From: Vitrella brassicaformis CCMP3155
Taxonomy: Eukaryota > Protista > Chromerida
NCBI GenBank assembly: GCA_001179505.1
Contig: CDMY01000204.1
Span: forward strand, 1-64,000
DNA: 64,000 nt
Reading direction: 5' to 3'
Made by a program: the position numbers and the translations under genes. Numbering within the stretch: position 1 is the stretch's first letter; every line of letters starts with the position of its first letter. Shown here in pieces: positions 53,124-64,000 of this stretch. The notes beneath the pieces were generated by a model. The model made no database searches. It had not been told where the DNA came from and worked only from the letters and a program-made list of their open reading frames with translations.

Positions 53124-53161
53124 CAGCCATGTACTGACCCACTTACGCGGTCCGGACTGTA
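53124..53161. mobile_element. Solo right end (TIR + TA) of the MITE family at 55435-55904
   Basis: tgacccacttacgcggtccggactg (53135-53159) is the exact reverse complement of the left TIR, is followed by TA, and is preceded by cagccatgtac versus cagccctgtac in the full element. Confidence 0.85.
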
Positions 53162-53556
53162 CAACAAGAGACATATGCATACAAGCGTTTGACATCATGG
53201 ATGGATGGATGGATGTCCCTTTGTCCAAAAACGTGACGTCGACAAGTGCATGACGTATTTGCCTACGTAATCGTGCGTAACCCGCTCACAGCCTTCTGGT
53301 TTCAAGGAAGCGGTGGCTCCAACAAACTCAGCATGTCTCACACTCATCTCCAACAGTGACAGAAGCCACATTTCCCGGACCTTCACTCCTATGTCTCTCG
53401 ATCGGCGCCAAAGAAACGTCCTACGCCGCCCCGCCCCTCATACATGCAATTGCGACGGGCCACCATGATGCACGTCACATGAGCCAGACAGTAGTCTTCG
53501 GTTTGCGCGAGACATATGCGAAGACTCTGCCCAGCATGCCGCTGGCAGCCGGCTCC

Positions 53557-55941
53557 CTATGCATTCATTCTAAAGCATTCGAAAGATAGGGGCAGTACGC
53601 AGCCGGGTCGGACCACTCGGATTGCACCATAAATCGGGGCTTCGCAACTGTGCGGCTGACTGCACGCTGCACAGACATGCGGAGAAACGGCATCCACGAG
53701 AAGATGCTGCACACACGAACACACAGACAGAGAGACAGACAAGAACCACATACACATGCAGTCAGCGGGAAGGCCGACAGTTGCGCCTGACCAGGACATG
53801 GCGGCCACGAGCAATATCAGTAATCTGCGGCGGCCAACACCTTGTTCATGGGAAGCCAGCACGGCCAGGCTGTTCCATCTTATCATGACACACAGTACGC
53901 ACAGCTCGAATAGCTGTTCGATACCCACCAGCAGTATCAAACCCATGCCTCCCTCCACAAGCTCCCTCCATGATGCGCCTGCATAAGCTTGGAGCGAAAG
54001 CACACTCAAATTGGTGAAGAGCAGGGCCATCAGCTCGCAGTTGGACCAGATGTGGATTGGTCAGCGAGGGTGCGTAGGTACCTTTTGAAGTACACAGACA
54101 GTATCTCTTGCTTCACTATGTATCATGACCGGATATACCTTGGAGACACTTCAAGTGAGGCCAAGGCCGACTGCAACCCTCCGGTCGGACCGATGCCCGG
54201 CTGTGTGTCGCTGAGAGAGCGCGTTGAGCCCATAATTGAGCTCCGGCGCCTAGCATCGTTGTCGATGTAAGTGGGTCGTCCACTACCAGCCTCCTCACCC
54301 TCTGTGATGTCCATCAAGCTATTATTCCAGCGACCCTTCACAAGCCTCCTGGCCCAGAGATAAATCAGGATCGCTGACGCATACACACAGCAAAAGACGT
54401 CATTTGAGAAGAATTCACTTATCTTATCATGTGTGACGCACGCACTGTAGGGGGAGGAGATGTCCATGATCAGGTCAAAGATTGACATTAAGACGCTGTA
54501 GACCAATTTGCTGCTCAGGTTGACGGTCTCCGCTTGCAGGATGCCTGATCAAAGACATTATTGGACGTGTGTCAGCCATGAAGAGGTGACTGACGTAGAT
54601 AGAGGACGTAAGCCATGGCAGGCATCGTAAGAAGCAGCGAATTGCATGTGGGGTGTCCCTCCTGAACACACGTTGGGTCGTGCGAAACCAAGTCGTTTGT
54701 CGTTCTGTGGCTGTGTCTCAGCCTGTTTCACTTCGTACTTTGAGTGACCGCACGAGTTTATTGACAAGTCCGATAGGGGGCAAGAAGACGGCCAGATATA
54801 TCACGGCCATGAGGAATCGATCCCTGTCAGTAGATGCTGCAGCAGCGTAGCTTGGAGACAGAACGTAGATCCAAATCCAGGCCATTGAGTACGCCATCGC
54901 GAAATGCGCTGTGGCTCTTATGACATACTGTCGTTTGGCCCGAATACCCAGCGACCCCGCAGCGCGACGGAGGTACACACAGACGGCTGCACAAATTGAG
55001 CCCCACATGATCGGACCAATGACTTTTTTGCGCTCTTGGCTGTCGAAATGAAGCTGGTGGCCAATGGAGAATAGTAGATTGAGCGCCAATGTTGGAAGAT
55101 GATCCACTCGTTCTTCAGCCGCGATAGCCTTCTTTGTAGGTCGGTCCCGTCGGTGACGTACACGGCAAAGAATGGTATTGCGAGAGCCAATATAATGCGA
55201 CGGAAGATGTCAAAAACCGGCCCAAAAATGCTCGACGTACACGAGTACGCGTGCATCAAAGCAAAGGCAACGAGGACGATGGCAATGGCTAAGGTGGAAG
55301 CCAACTGCTGCATCAGGTGCACATAAACTCGCCTCAAGCTCATCATGAGCGGCTCCGGCTGAAATGTCGCACCGACAAGCACTTCTGCCGTGCTGCCGTC
55401 GGGATGGTTTATCGTCTCGTACTTGAGTGTGGTACAGTCCGGACCGCGTAAGTGGGTCACCGCATAAGCGGGTCAGTTGCGTATGTGGGTCAGCCCATCC
55501 CGATCACTCTGTACACAGTCAAAAACGGACCGGATGACCGGGTCACCTCCCAAAGAGACTCAAATCAGCCATCCAAACCGACCATTCATGGCTCAAAATG
55601 ACCGCAAGACGATGAAGAACCTCTCTGTGAAAGAGCGGACCGATGAAAGTGTGATCCCACCGAGAAATACAGACATTTTGATTGTCATCTTCTGAGATGA
55701 TCGACGGATTTCGTAAACTTGAGTGACTTTGAGCGAGAAAAAAAGAGTCAATGGGCTTCTGAGAGGCTCCTGTGATTCATTCACAGCGAGATATCACTCC
55801 AAAAGTCGCTGGAAAACAAGTGGGTCAGCTCTGTAGTACGTATAAGCGGGTCAAACGCGTAAGTGGGTCAGCCCTGTACTGACCCACTTACACGGTCCGG
55901 ACTGTATATGCAAGTCTGCGCGCGATGCTCCATTGACTCAT
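53557..55941 (-). pseudogene. Multi-pass membrane protein, paralog B, interrupted by a MITE at codon 13
   Basis: Removing 55435-55906 restores MSQWSIARRLAYTTLKYETINHPDG... in frame. With the element in place, a TAA occurs after 17 codons. The body is homologous to 17296-19389. Confidence 0.7.
55435..55904. mobile_element. Non-autonomous Tc1/mariner-type MITE (470 bp)
   Basis: 25-bp TIRs CAGTCCGGACCG(C/T)GTAAGTGGGTCA, 24/25 identical; TA on both flanks (55433-34 and 55905-06); several subterminal TAAG(T/C)GGGTCA-like repeats; no transposase ORF. Confidence 0.93.
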
Positions 55942-57169
55942 CGCTTCGTCGATTCATTCAATGCTCTTTTCTGATTTGCAGGTGCCCATCTGTGTGTGGT
56001 CCCTCCGGCATAGACGTATTTGTGCCTCAAACACCATTGCACCTCATTCAGTCAGTCCATTCACACGCGCACACACACCGCGCACACACACCGCTTTCAG
56101 TCTGGTTCTCGTTCACTGTCCGACGCTGCTTTGTTGCTTTGTGCACGTACGGCGGTCACTCTCACTCGCGTGCCGTTATGACACGCCGCTCTCAGTCATC
56201 CTGTCAATGAGACACAGTGCACAATCGTGTTCTTGACTGTCTCTGTGATGCATCCTCTTACTGCTCACCATCGAGCACTTCATTGCTTGTTTGACGTATC
56301 TATGCGTGCTGGTGGATCAGTGGGACAGCTATACATGGCTGCAAACATGGCGACACACAGTGTCACACACATTGTACAGGGTGCGGGCCCGTCTGCATGT
56401 GCTCACTATATATATATGCAGACCACCGGTGTATAAATGGGTGAACACGACAAAGAGCAGCAGTCTGGAATAAATGGCTGGCTGTCTGGATGTGGCCGTA
56501 CCGTTGGATTCAAAGGATTGCACCGAGTCGATGTATGTATGTATCTGTACCCACATGTATATATATGGAGCCCTGCCCCGACACAAGGTGAGCCTTCGGT
56601 CTGGGGTGGACGTCGGTAAGGGCTGCGGGTCGGCTGACTCCTGCAAGGACCGCAGGCGTAAGTGGCCGGGTCCCTCCCTGCTTCTCGGTGATATTGGGGC
56701 ACCGTGACATTGGGGCAATAGGCCGAGCAGATGGGAAGGAAGAGCGCGATAGCGGCGACTACTTCCGGGTCTCCTACTTCCCCCAGCCCGTTGTCAAACA
56801 GCGTATCAGAAGCGAAACATCATCATGCAGTCTTTTCTCCTGACAAAAAGCTGACGACGCAACGGCCCGACCTGAAGACTGATGCGGCACCGCCAAAATG
56901 GCGAACGCGTGTCGACGGGCGGTTCTTGGTGCTGGCATGTTTGTCGGATTGCCCCGTATGCATGGTCTCTGCACCAGGAAAGTGCGATATCTGATGTGAG
57001 TCCTGCCCACCTGCGAACAGCGCGCTTAGCCATCGAGCAGGGCGAGGTACAAAAAGAAAAAACGGCCAAACGGCCGTTTTGGAACGGCAGTGTACACTGT
57101 ACACTGTGCAAGCACTTATCTGCTTTCTATCTAATCATCAAATCGCACGTGAGTCAACAAAGAGCTGCC

Positions 57170-58083
57170 ATGAGGGTCCTGCTCGCGCTGCTTGTCGCCT
57201 TGCCCTTATCGCAGGACAGGTAGTTTCCTGCGGTACCCACTCCCTCCGGCGCCCACTCGCTGTGTGCTCTCTCCCTGCGGGTCCCTGCCTTTCGTCCTTT
57301 GTTTAGGCTGTGACGACTTTCGATGACGTCCTGGAGACGGCTGAGGGCTTCAAGATGAACAAGGACAGATGCTTCTGTCCCGGCGTTGGCGGGACGTGTG
57401 TGGGGGAGTGTGGCCGGGGCTACGATTCTGCTTAGCTGACGAGCAAAGATGCCTTCAGGCACGGTCGCTTTGTGACCCGAATGTTGCCGAGTCTGGAGGT
57501 GGACGGCACTGTGGCGACCTTCTTTCTCTACAAGAACGACAGCGACAAGGTGGCGGGGGCGTCGTGGCAGGAGATCGATTACGAGGTGCATGGGATGGGC
57601 CCCCACGGCGAGGCGCCCATCCAGACAAACATCATCACCGGCAACTATACTGACCGAGACATCAACGAGATCTTCCTTCTTCGCTGCCGCGGGCCATCCC
57701 TTCGATACCGAAGCGCAGACGGCCGCCGTCAAGCAAGGCTTCCATGACTTTGCTTTTGAGTGGACCCCCGAGTATGTCGCGTGGTACTTCGACGGGCGCA
57801 GGCTCAGGATGGAGGTTTCCTGTGAGGCTGAGGGAGCCGACCAAAAGACCTGCAGTCCCCAGCCCGCCCAGCTCGTCGAACGAATGAATCTCCGCATCTC
57901 CCTGTGGCCGTGCGACCCCGAGCCCTTCTGGGCGGAATGGTGGGTCGGGCGCTTCGATGCCACCGCTCTTCCTCTGACCATCTATTTTGACTTCGTCAAA
58001 GCATACGACTATGGCTACGTTACAAAGGGTACAACACTCGCTTTCCTCGACGACGGTCACATATCAAGGACTTGTGTCATGAG

Positions 58084-58119
<36 letters not shown>

Positions 58120-59196
58120 TGGCACGCTCAGGTTTCACGTTAAGGTGGATTGACGAGTTCGACCACCTCAACACGACTCGGTGGGAGATCGGCGCACACA
58201 CGTTCGACGTGAATTACGCACACTTCACGCCGGACAACGCCGTCATCGTCAAGTCGGAGGACCACGACCCTACGTCTGACGGCAGCTACCTGGCCCTGTC
58301 CATGACCGAAAAGGGCAGAAAAGTCAACCCATCACCCCCGAGCTCGAGCATTCCTCACGACGAGCTCAACGTGCTGCCCGTCACGCAGGTCTACAACGAT
58401 TGGGACCCCCCAGCAAAGACCTACCTTCTCGAGGGCAAAGTGTGCGAGACAGTGGGCGTCATGAACGCACCCGGCAAGCGATACTCGGGAGGATTCGGCT
58501 CCTTTACGACCGAGATAGCCGACGAGAGCGACTCCCTGCAGAAGTGCGCGGCCATGTGTGTGGAGCACTACAACAGCAGTGTGTGCCGCTTCTTTTCGGT
58601 CTTCTCGGCCAACTCCACCCTCTACTGCAGCGGCTTCCATGCCCCTGAGGTGCGGCTTAGCTAGCATATGCAGGCTTCCTTGCATATGTCTTGTGTGTCT
58701 ACTGCAGCGGGAGATCGATGACCCAACAGCAATGAGCGGGGTCGTCTGCTCGTCGGCTCACCGCCCCGAGGTGGCCACCACCCCCGCCCCCATGGCCGAG
58801 AGCGAGCCCGAGGAGGACGAGCCACTCTTGCTTTTGGAGGGCGAGGAGGAGGACACCGATGAGACAGCCACAAGACAACTACAGACGGATGCGTCCACCG
58901 ACGCATCTGGACACATCGGCGAGACCGCGACCAAGATGTTCTCTTCTGCCGCCAAGGAGGCCGCCGACATGACTGAGATGGCCCTTGACCAGGAGGCGGC
59001 GACAGAGGTCGAGGAGGCTCACATGCCCATCTGGATCATCTTGGCCGTCACTGTAGCTGCTGTGCTGGCGGTCGCCACCTTTGGTCTGTTTGTGCCTCCT
59101 TGTGTGAAGAAGAGGCGAGCTGAAACCAAGGCCGGGGCGGTGGAGAAGGCTTGCATCAATACTTTCACGCCGCAGAGCGTGACCAGCAGGGTGTAG
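57170..59196 (+). pseudogene. Circularly permuted GH16 beta-glucanase-like gene with Cys-rich module and TM anchor; disrupted as assembled
   Basis: Signal-like exon 1; catalytic WQEIDYE; FHDFAFEWTPEYVAWYFDG; FTLRWIDEFD...RW lies after the catalytic core. In-frame TAG at 57433-57435 and a frameshift near 57670-57680. TM segment IWIILAVTVAAVLAVATFGLFV followed by KKRR. Confidence 0.8.
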
Positions 59197-60924
59197 GGCG
59201 GGGATGGGCAGTCATTTAGGAGGTCCGCTGTTCTTCCCCTGCAATGACACAAATGACCGAGGCACAGTCACACATGGCGACTGCCGTCTTTTTGCAGTTG
59301 GGGGTGGATTAGTTCTGCACGGAATGGGGGAATGCGGGCGCATATGGTTTTGCATGGAAGATAATTTTACAGACAGACCTGTTTGGACACATCTGTCTGC
59401 TAGTGCCGCTGATGGCTGACAGATAGACATGGTCGAAAGGAGTTTGAATCTGAATAGGAGGGAGGGAAGGGGGACATTACCCGATAGGCTTCGGCAATGG
59501 ATTGATGTGGGTCCCATTGTGGGAACTTTTGTACGTGCGTGCCGGTAGGATGGACTGCCTCGGTCAAGTGCAGTACCGTGGGCGACCGACAGTCAGCAGT
59601 TAACTCTCGTGTGGCGTGGGGTGTGGCTGGTTGGCTGCTTGATGACCTGCTTCGTGGTGCCCTGTAGGGGCCTTTTCTCGTACGACCAGCCGGGCTGTAT
59701 GGAATCGTATGAGTTTATGATGGATGTTTCTTTCATCTGTACAGGAAGGACAGGAGTTGCCCTATTTTGGGGAAGGATTCACCCGGCAGGCTGACTTTTC
59801 TCCTGCTACTCCGATCTTGGTGGCGTGTGTGATGGCTCGTGAGGCCCCTTCCTGCTATATGTCGTCTGACCAACATCTGGTCTGGACGATGGTAACACGA
59901 CTGAATGAATGAAGGATCTGCCTGGTTGTTGTCTCGTCGTCTTCTCTATCCTGTCGATTCCTTCTTTGATTCAATGTTGGACGTCAAGACTCTCAACAAT
60001 TGCAACAGCCAGCGTCTCGACAGTTCTCGAACTCGTCGAGCGTTTGTATGCATGGTATTGGTCCGCATGGCAGAAGAGTGGGGCATCGACGAGGCCACCA
60101 CACTCACCATGAAGAACGTCGGGAGCAGTGACAACTGGAGAGAGCGCATCAAGGCGGCATCTTCCTCAGGATTCGTTTGCCTTGCCATGCGGCAGCCCTG
60201 TCCATGTCCATGCATCTGCTCAATTCATCATATTTGCCACGCAAGTCCTACCGCATATACCCGCCACTCCTGTTGGCGGCCAGGACTGCACAATGGCTAA
60301 GAGAGACCAAGGGAGAGGGGTCCAGAGGACGTAAGTGTCAGCACTCATTTGACGTTACAGAATCTCACGATAGATCGTTTCAATGCACGAGCACTCGCAC
60401 GGTACCTACAAGTGTGCACCTTGTGAGCGTGCCGTCAGCATCAACGAAGCGAGACATGATCTCTCAAGCGTCGAGTGACTCAAGCCTTTGACTCCTCATG
60501 GATGCATGGTTTCGTGTCCGGCCAATGACGAAAATCACGCACGCCTCTACTGCCCAAGATACAGTGATGATGACGCACCGCCAATGCGCACCGCACCCAA
60601 TCCAGCACTCTGGCACCTCACTGTTCAATCTCACACATGCTGTCGCATCCATCACCTGCATCACCAGCCAGCCAGAAATAACAGCACGTACGCATTCCAC
60701 ATGCATCATCGCATCCATCAATATTTTAAAAAGACTAGATCTTTAATTCTCACGTACACCATCTTTTCCAGGTGGTTTTCTTGATACCAACCTGAGAAAA
60801 CCCACCAGCAGTGAGGGCTGCCAGTCAGTGCCAAACGACAATAACACTGGACAACCGCTCGGGGAAACTCCGTTTCTTCTGCGTGAAACGCACCAAACCC
60901 AACACCGAGATCCCCTTCCACTCG

Positions 60925-62656
60925 ATGCATTGTTTGCGCAGACTTGTTCTTGGATCGGTCTTCCTATTTGTTACTTTGACTGTTCTCCTTCTTTTGTATT
61001 TATGGAGCGATGGAATAGATATCTCTATTTATGGCAGGTTTCAGTACTGGGACGGCTTGTCTGTACCTGATCCGGTGAACGTCACCAGGCTCAATGCCTT
61101 TGTGAAGAGGCTCAACACGGCTAAGTTGCTTGCGAATCACTGTGAGTCGTTCTGGGACGAGACGCTCGATGCCAACCCCACAATCGCTCGACTTGAGCGA
61201 GAATCGCTGCGAGATTTGGACCTTACTGAAGATGGCGCGGCAGCTGCGGTGCAGTTTCCCTCTTATCGGTACAAGCCTCTGTACCTGAGTGTCATCAATG
61301 GAAGCCTCTACTGCCACCCATTGTCTGACTGCAAACCGCGAAGCCGCGACCAACTGATGGATGTCAAAACCACGCACTTTATCCAAAGGCTTGTTGACGC
61401 CCTGCATCACGCAAGGAAGAATGGGGAGACTGTGAGCGATGCGGCGTTCGCAGCTCATTTTGAGGACTGCCCGAAGATGTGGTGGGCATTCAGCGTCTGG
61501 CCCTATCTGGTCATTGTGGCATTTCTGCAGGTGGGCAGAGATGACTGGGGGTGACTTCTGCCAGCAGGATGACTTCTACATCGATCCAGCCAACAAGACA
61601 AGTCCTCGACCGCTGTTATTATCGGAGTCTTCCTTCATCAACCTGACGTGGGATATTCCGGCGATTCCCTATAACAGCCACAACAATGACGAGGAGGCAT
61701 TGACCAGACAGACCCTCTCGAGCTTACTCTATGGCAAGGGCTCTTCCCCTGACTCATGGTCACATGCCTGGAGCAGAAAAAGGGAAAGCGTTTTCTTCAT
61801 CGGCAAGTGAATGACTCATTCAACCATTCGTTCACTCATTCATTCACTCATTCAATCATTCACCATGCAGGGCGCAACAACGATCCATTTAGGCTGCAAG
61901 TCGCCTGCGAAGTGAATGTGCTGGAGCCGCCGCTATCCAGAAAACTCTACATTTCTGACGCCGGGGAGGAGAAGAGGTGGAGAAATAACTGCACGGAGAA
62001 GGCGGCACAGTTGCAACGGTGGGTGTGCGATATTCTATACAATTGTCACGCGACCTCTATACTGCTTGCGCAGGGAGCTGGGATGTATCGCTAGGCATAT
62101 TTGCCGTCCAGAGCCCGTTAGCGCAGACGAGTGGCAGAAAGAGCTCCTTCAGCATAAGTATGCTTTGGATCTCCCTGGCATCGGCCCCTGGTCAGCCCGG
62201 CTGCGCCTCTTGCTGCTAGCTGGATCCGTGATCTTTCAGCAAACACGCAGCTTTGAGGCTGCTCAGGTAAAATGGGCACTGAGCACCGTGGTAGGCTTGT
62301 CTCAACTCACTGTTCCTGTGGTCATTCAGTTTTACGACCTACTGCTCAAGAGAAATGGTGTGCTCCACCAATTCAGTACGTCGAAGGAATTGGTGGAAAG
62401 GGTGAAGTGGTTTCGGCAGCATGACCAAGTGGCGAGGAGGATTGCATTGGCGGGTCATACATTTGCATGGCACTGTTTGACGCGAGAGGGCATACGGCAG
62501 TTCTTGATGACCTGGTTGAGGCGTCTTGGTCGCATTAGTAAGCGGCAATCGCCGGCAAGAAGACAGACAGACAGCAGCTGCCACACTGACGAGGCTATCT
62601 CCCTCATGGATCATGAGACAGGAGTCCTTGATGACGTGTTACAGAGATGTGTCTGA
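60925..62656 (+). CDS. Glycosyltransferase family 90 (CAP10/KDELC-like), type II membrane protein
   Basis: N-terminal TM LVLGSVFLFVTLTVLLLLYLW; C-terminal HKYALDLPGIGPWSARLRLLLLAGSVIF...FYDLL...VKWFRQHDQVARRIALAGHTFA is a GT90 signature. Confidence 0.8.
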
Positions 62657-62994
62657 CATACATGATTTGGTCGTGTCTGTACGTAACTCTATTTGTTGGA
62701 CGGGACTGCATACAACCCGCTATTTCGAAGCGACAGACACAATGCTGTGTGGTGCTTGTCTACTGTACATTGCATATCTCAGTCTCAAAGGGGAGATCCC
62801 GTCAGTAGTCTTCCGGTGAAACATTCGACTCCCTCCCTCTGTGAGCCTCCCGGGCGCGCTACGTTGGCGCCAGCAGATGGCGAAGCCCGAGATCTTGCGG
62901 ATCATGCAGCGGCAAGCTGTCAACTCAGCGCGGTGGCTCTCACAGAATGATTTCGTACTCGAAGGCACACGTCTCGGTTCAATGAATACACGTG

Positions 62995-63805
62995 TCACTT
63001 CGTGAATGCCATGCACAGGCGCAAAAGAACTGCAAAGAGACGCTTCTGTCTCACTACACGGAACTTCGTCTCATTCCGGAAGAAAGGGGCAACGACCTCT
63101 TTGATCCGATCCCTGACCGGCATCGGGACGTTGCAGTTCTGCACCATGTCGTCCGCAAACATCGTCTCAACATGACCTTCCTCAGCATCATGAGAAGAAG
63201 ATCCTCTCAGTGCATTTTGATGACCCCCTTCCTCACCGGTGTCTGACGGGCCCGGCACCTCTCGGGCTGAGCTGCGCAGGTCGTAGTGGCGTTGTCCGTC
63301 CCGCTGCTGCTTCTTCGCCAGCCGCTGCTGCATTGCCTGTGCCCGGCACTCGAGCGCGGCGAGGAGAGCATCAAAGGATGAATATTTCAGACGCAGGACG
63401 GCCGCCACGTCGGCAAATCTGTACAGCTTCATACAAGGGAAGTTTCTGGATATCGGGTTTGCCCTGTAGAGAGAAGAAATCAATGATGGGCCTGCAACGT
63501 GGGAGAATGGAAAACATGACCTTTCCTCGAATGTGAGCCCCCTGAGTTCCTCTGGAGTGGCGCCTAGCCGCATCGCCTCCGTCTTGGCGAGGAAGTGACG
63601 GTACCGACGGCACACATAACACAGCGCCACCTGGAATTGGGTGAACCACTCACAGGGCACCACACGGCCACACTCATCGCATCTGACACATTGCAGATAG
63701 AAACAGACCAGAAACATCAAGTCGACAGTCTTCTGGCAAGAGCGAGACAGGCCACCTGCAGGTGTTTTTCCCGTCGCCTGTCTTCAAGATGCTCTGGTTG
63801 GCCAT
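62995..63805 (-). CDS. XPA/Rad14-like DNA damage recognition protein
   Basis: C4 zinc finger CDEC...LCYVCRR, then LAKTEAM...NPISRNFPCMKLY...helical tail, as in the XPA core. Confidence 0.7.
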
Positions 63806-64000
63806 TCTGCTGACCAGCAGGAGGCGTGCCACCTTTCCATGGTAGTTCGCGAACTCCAGTCTTAGAGAGGTGGACTGGAACTCGCCGCCTGTCATCGGTG
63901 CCTCAGAGAGATCCACGCCCCTCTCAGTTTGAAAGCCATCGATGATGCTACAGAAACTAAAGGGGTACTGAGAGAAGACAGATGCTACGTCAAAACGGCG

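Noticed and set aside
59600-60300. Possible small multi-exon gene on the + strand
   Set aside because: A few plausible exons, but no start, consistent frame chain or motif that I can support.
1-64000. tRNA, rRNA, snRNA genes or an autonomous transposase/retroelement ORF
   Set aside because: None recognised by eye; a tRNAscan-SE/Infernal run would be needed to exclude small RNAs.

Overview
Intron-rich eukaryotic nuclear DNA. The GC-rich exons, short microsatellite-laden introns, apicomplexan-type ATP synthase delta and a complex-plastid-targeted protein suggest a chromerid alveolate such as Vitrella; this is an inference. About 23 genes were reconstructed by manual splicing. Left half: chromodomain protein, Dpy-30-like/PG-binding-like protein, F-box-like + tandem Yippee protein, TBL1-like LisH-WD40, TM-PUB protein, multi-pass membrane protein, cyclophilin, ATP synthase delta, LONRF, TrpC-TrpF fusion, plastid Tat-type protein and a qRRM protein. 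Right half: cytosolic carboxypeptidase, HMG box, kinesin-2, two tandem secreted arylsulfotransferases split by a 320-N gap, a second multi-pass paralog interrupted by a Tc1/mariner-type MITE, a disrupted circularly permuted GH16, a GT90 and an XPA-like gene. Best leads: (1) introns whose (GACA)n and (TGTC)n arms form perfect hairpins next to both splice sites; (2) an unnamed multi-pass membrane family with two paralogs, one knocked out by a new MITE; (3) the F-box/Yippee fusion; (4) a glycan/sulfate-modifying neighbourhood at 45-63 kb. Exon boundaries and family calls were made by eye, without database searches.
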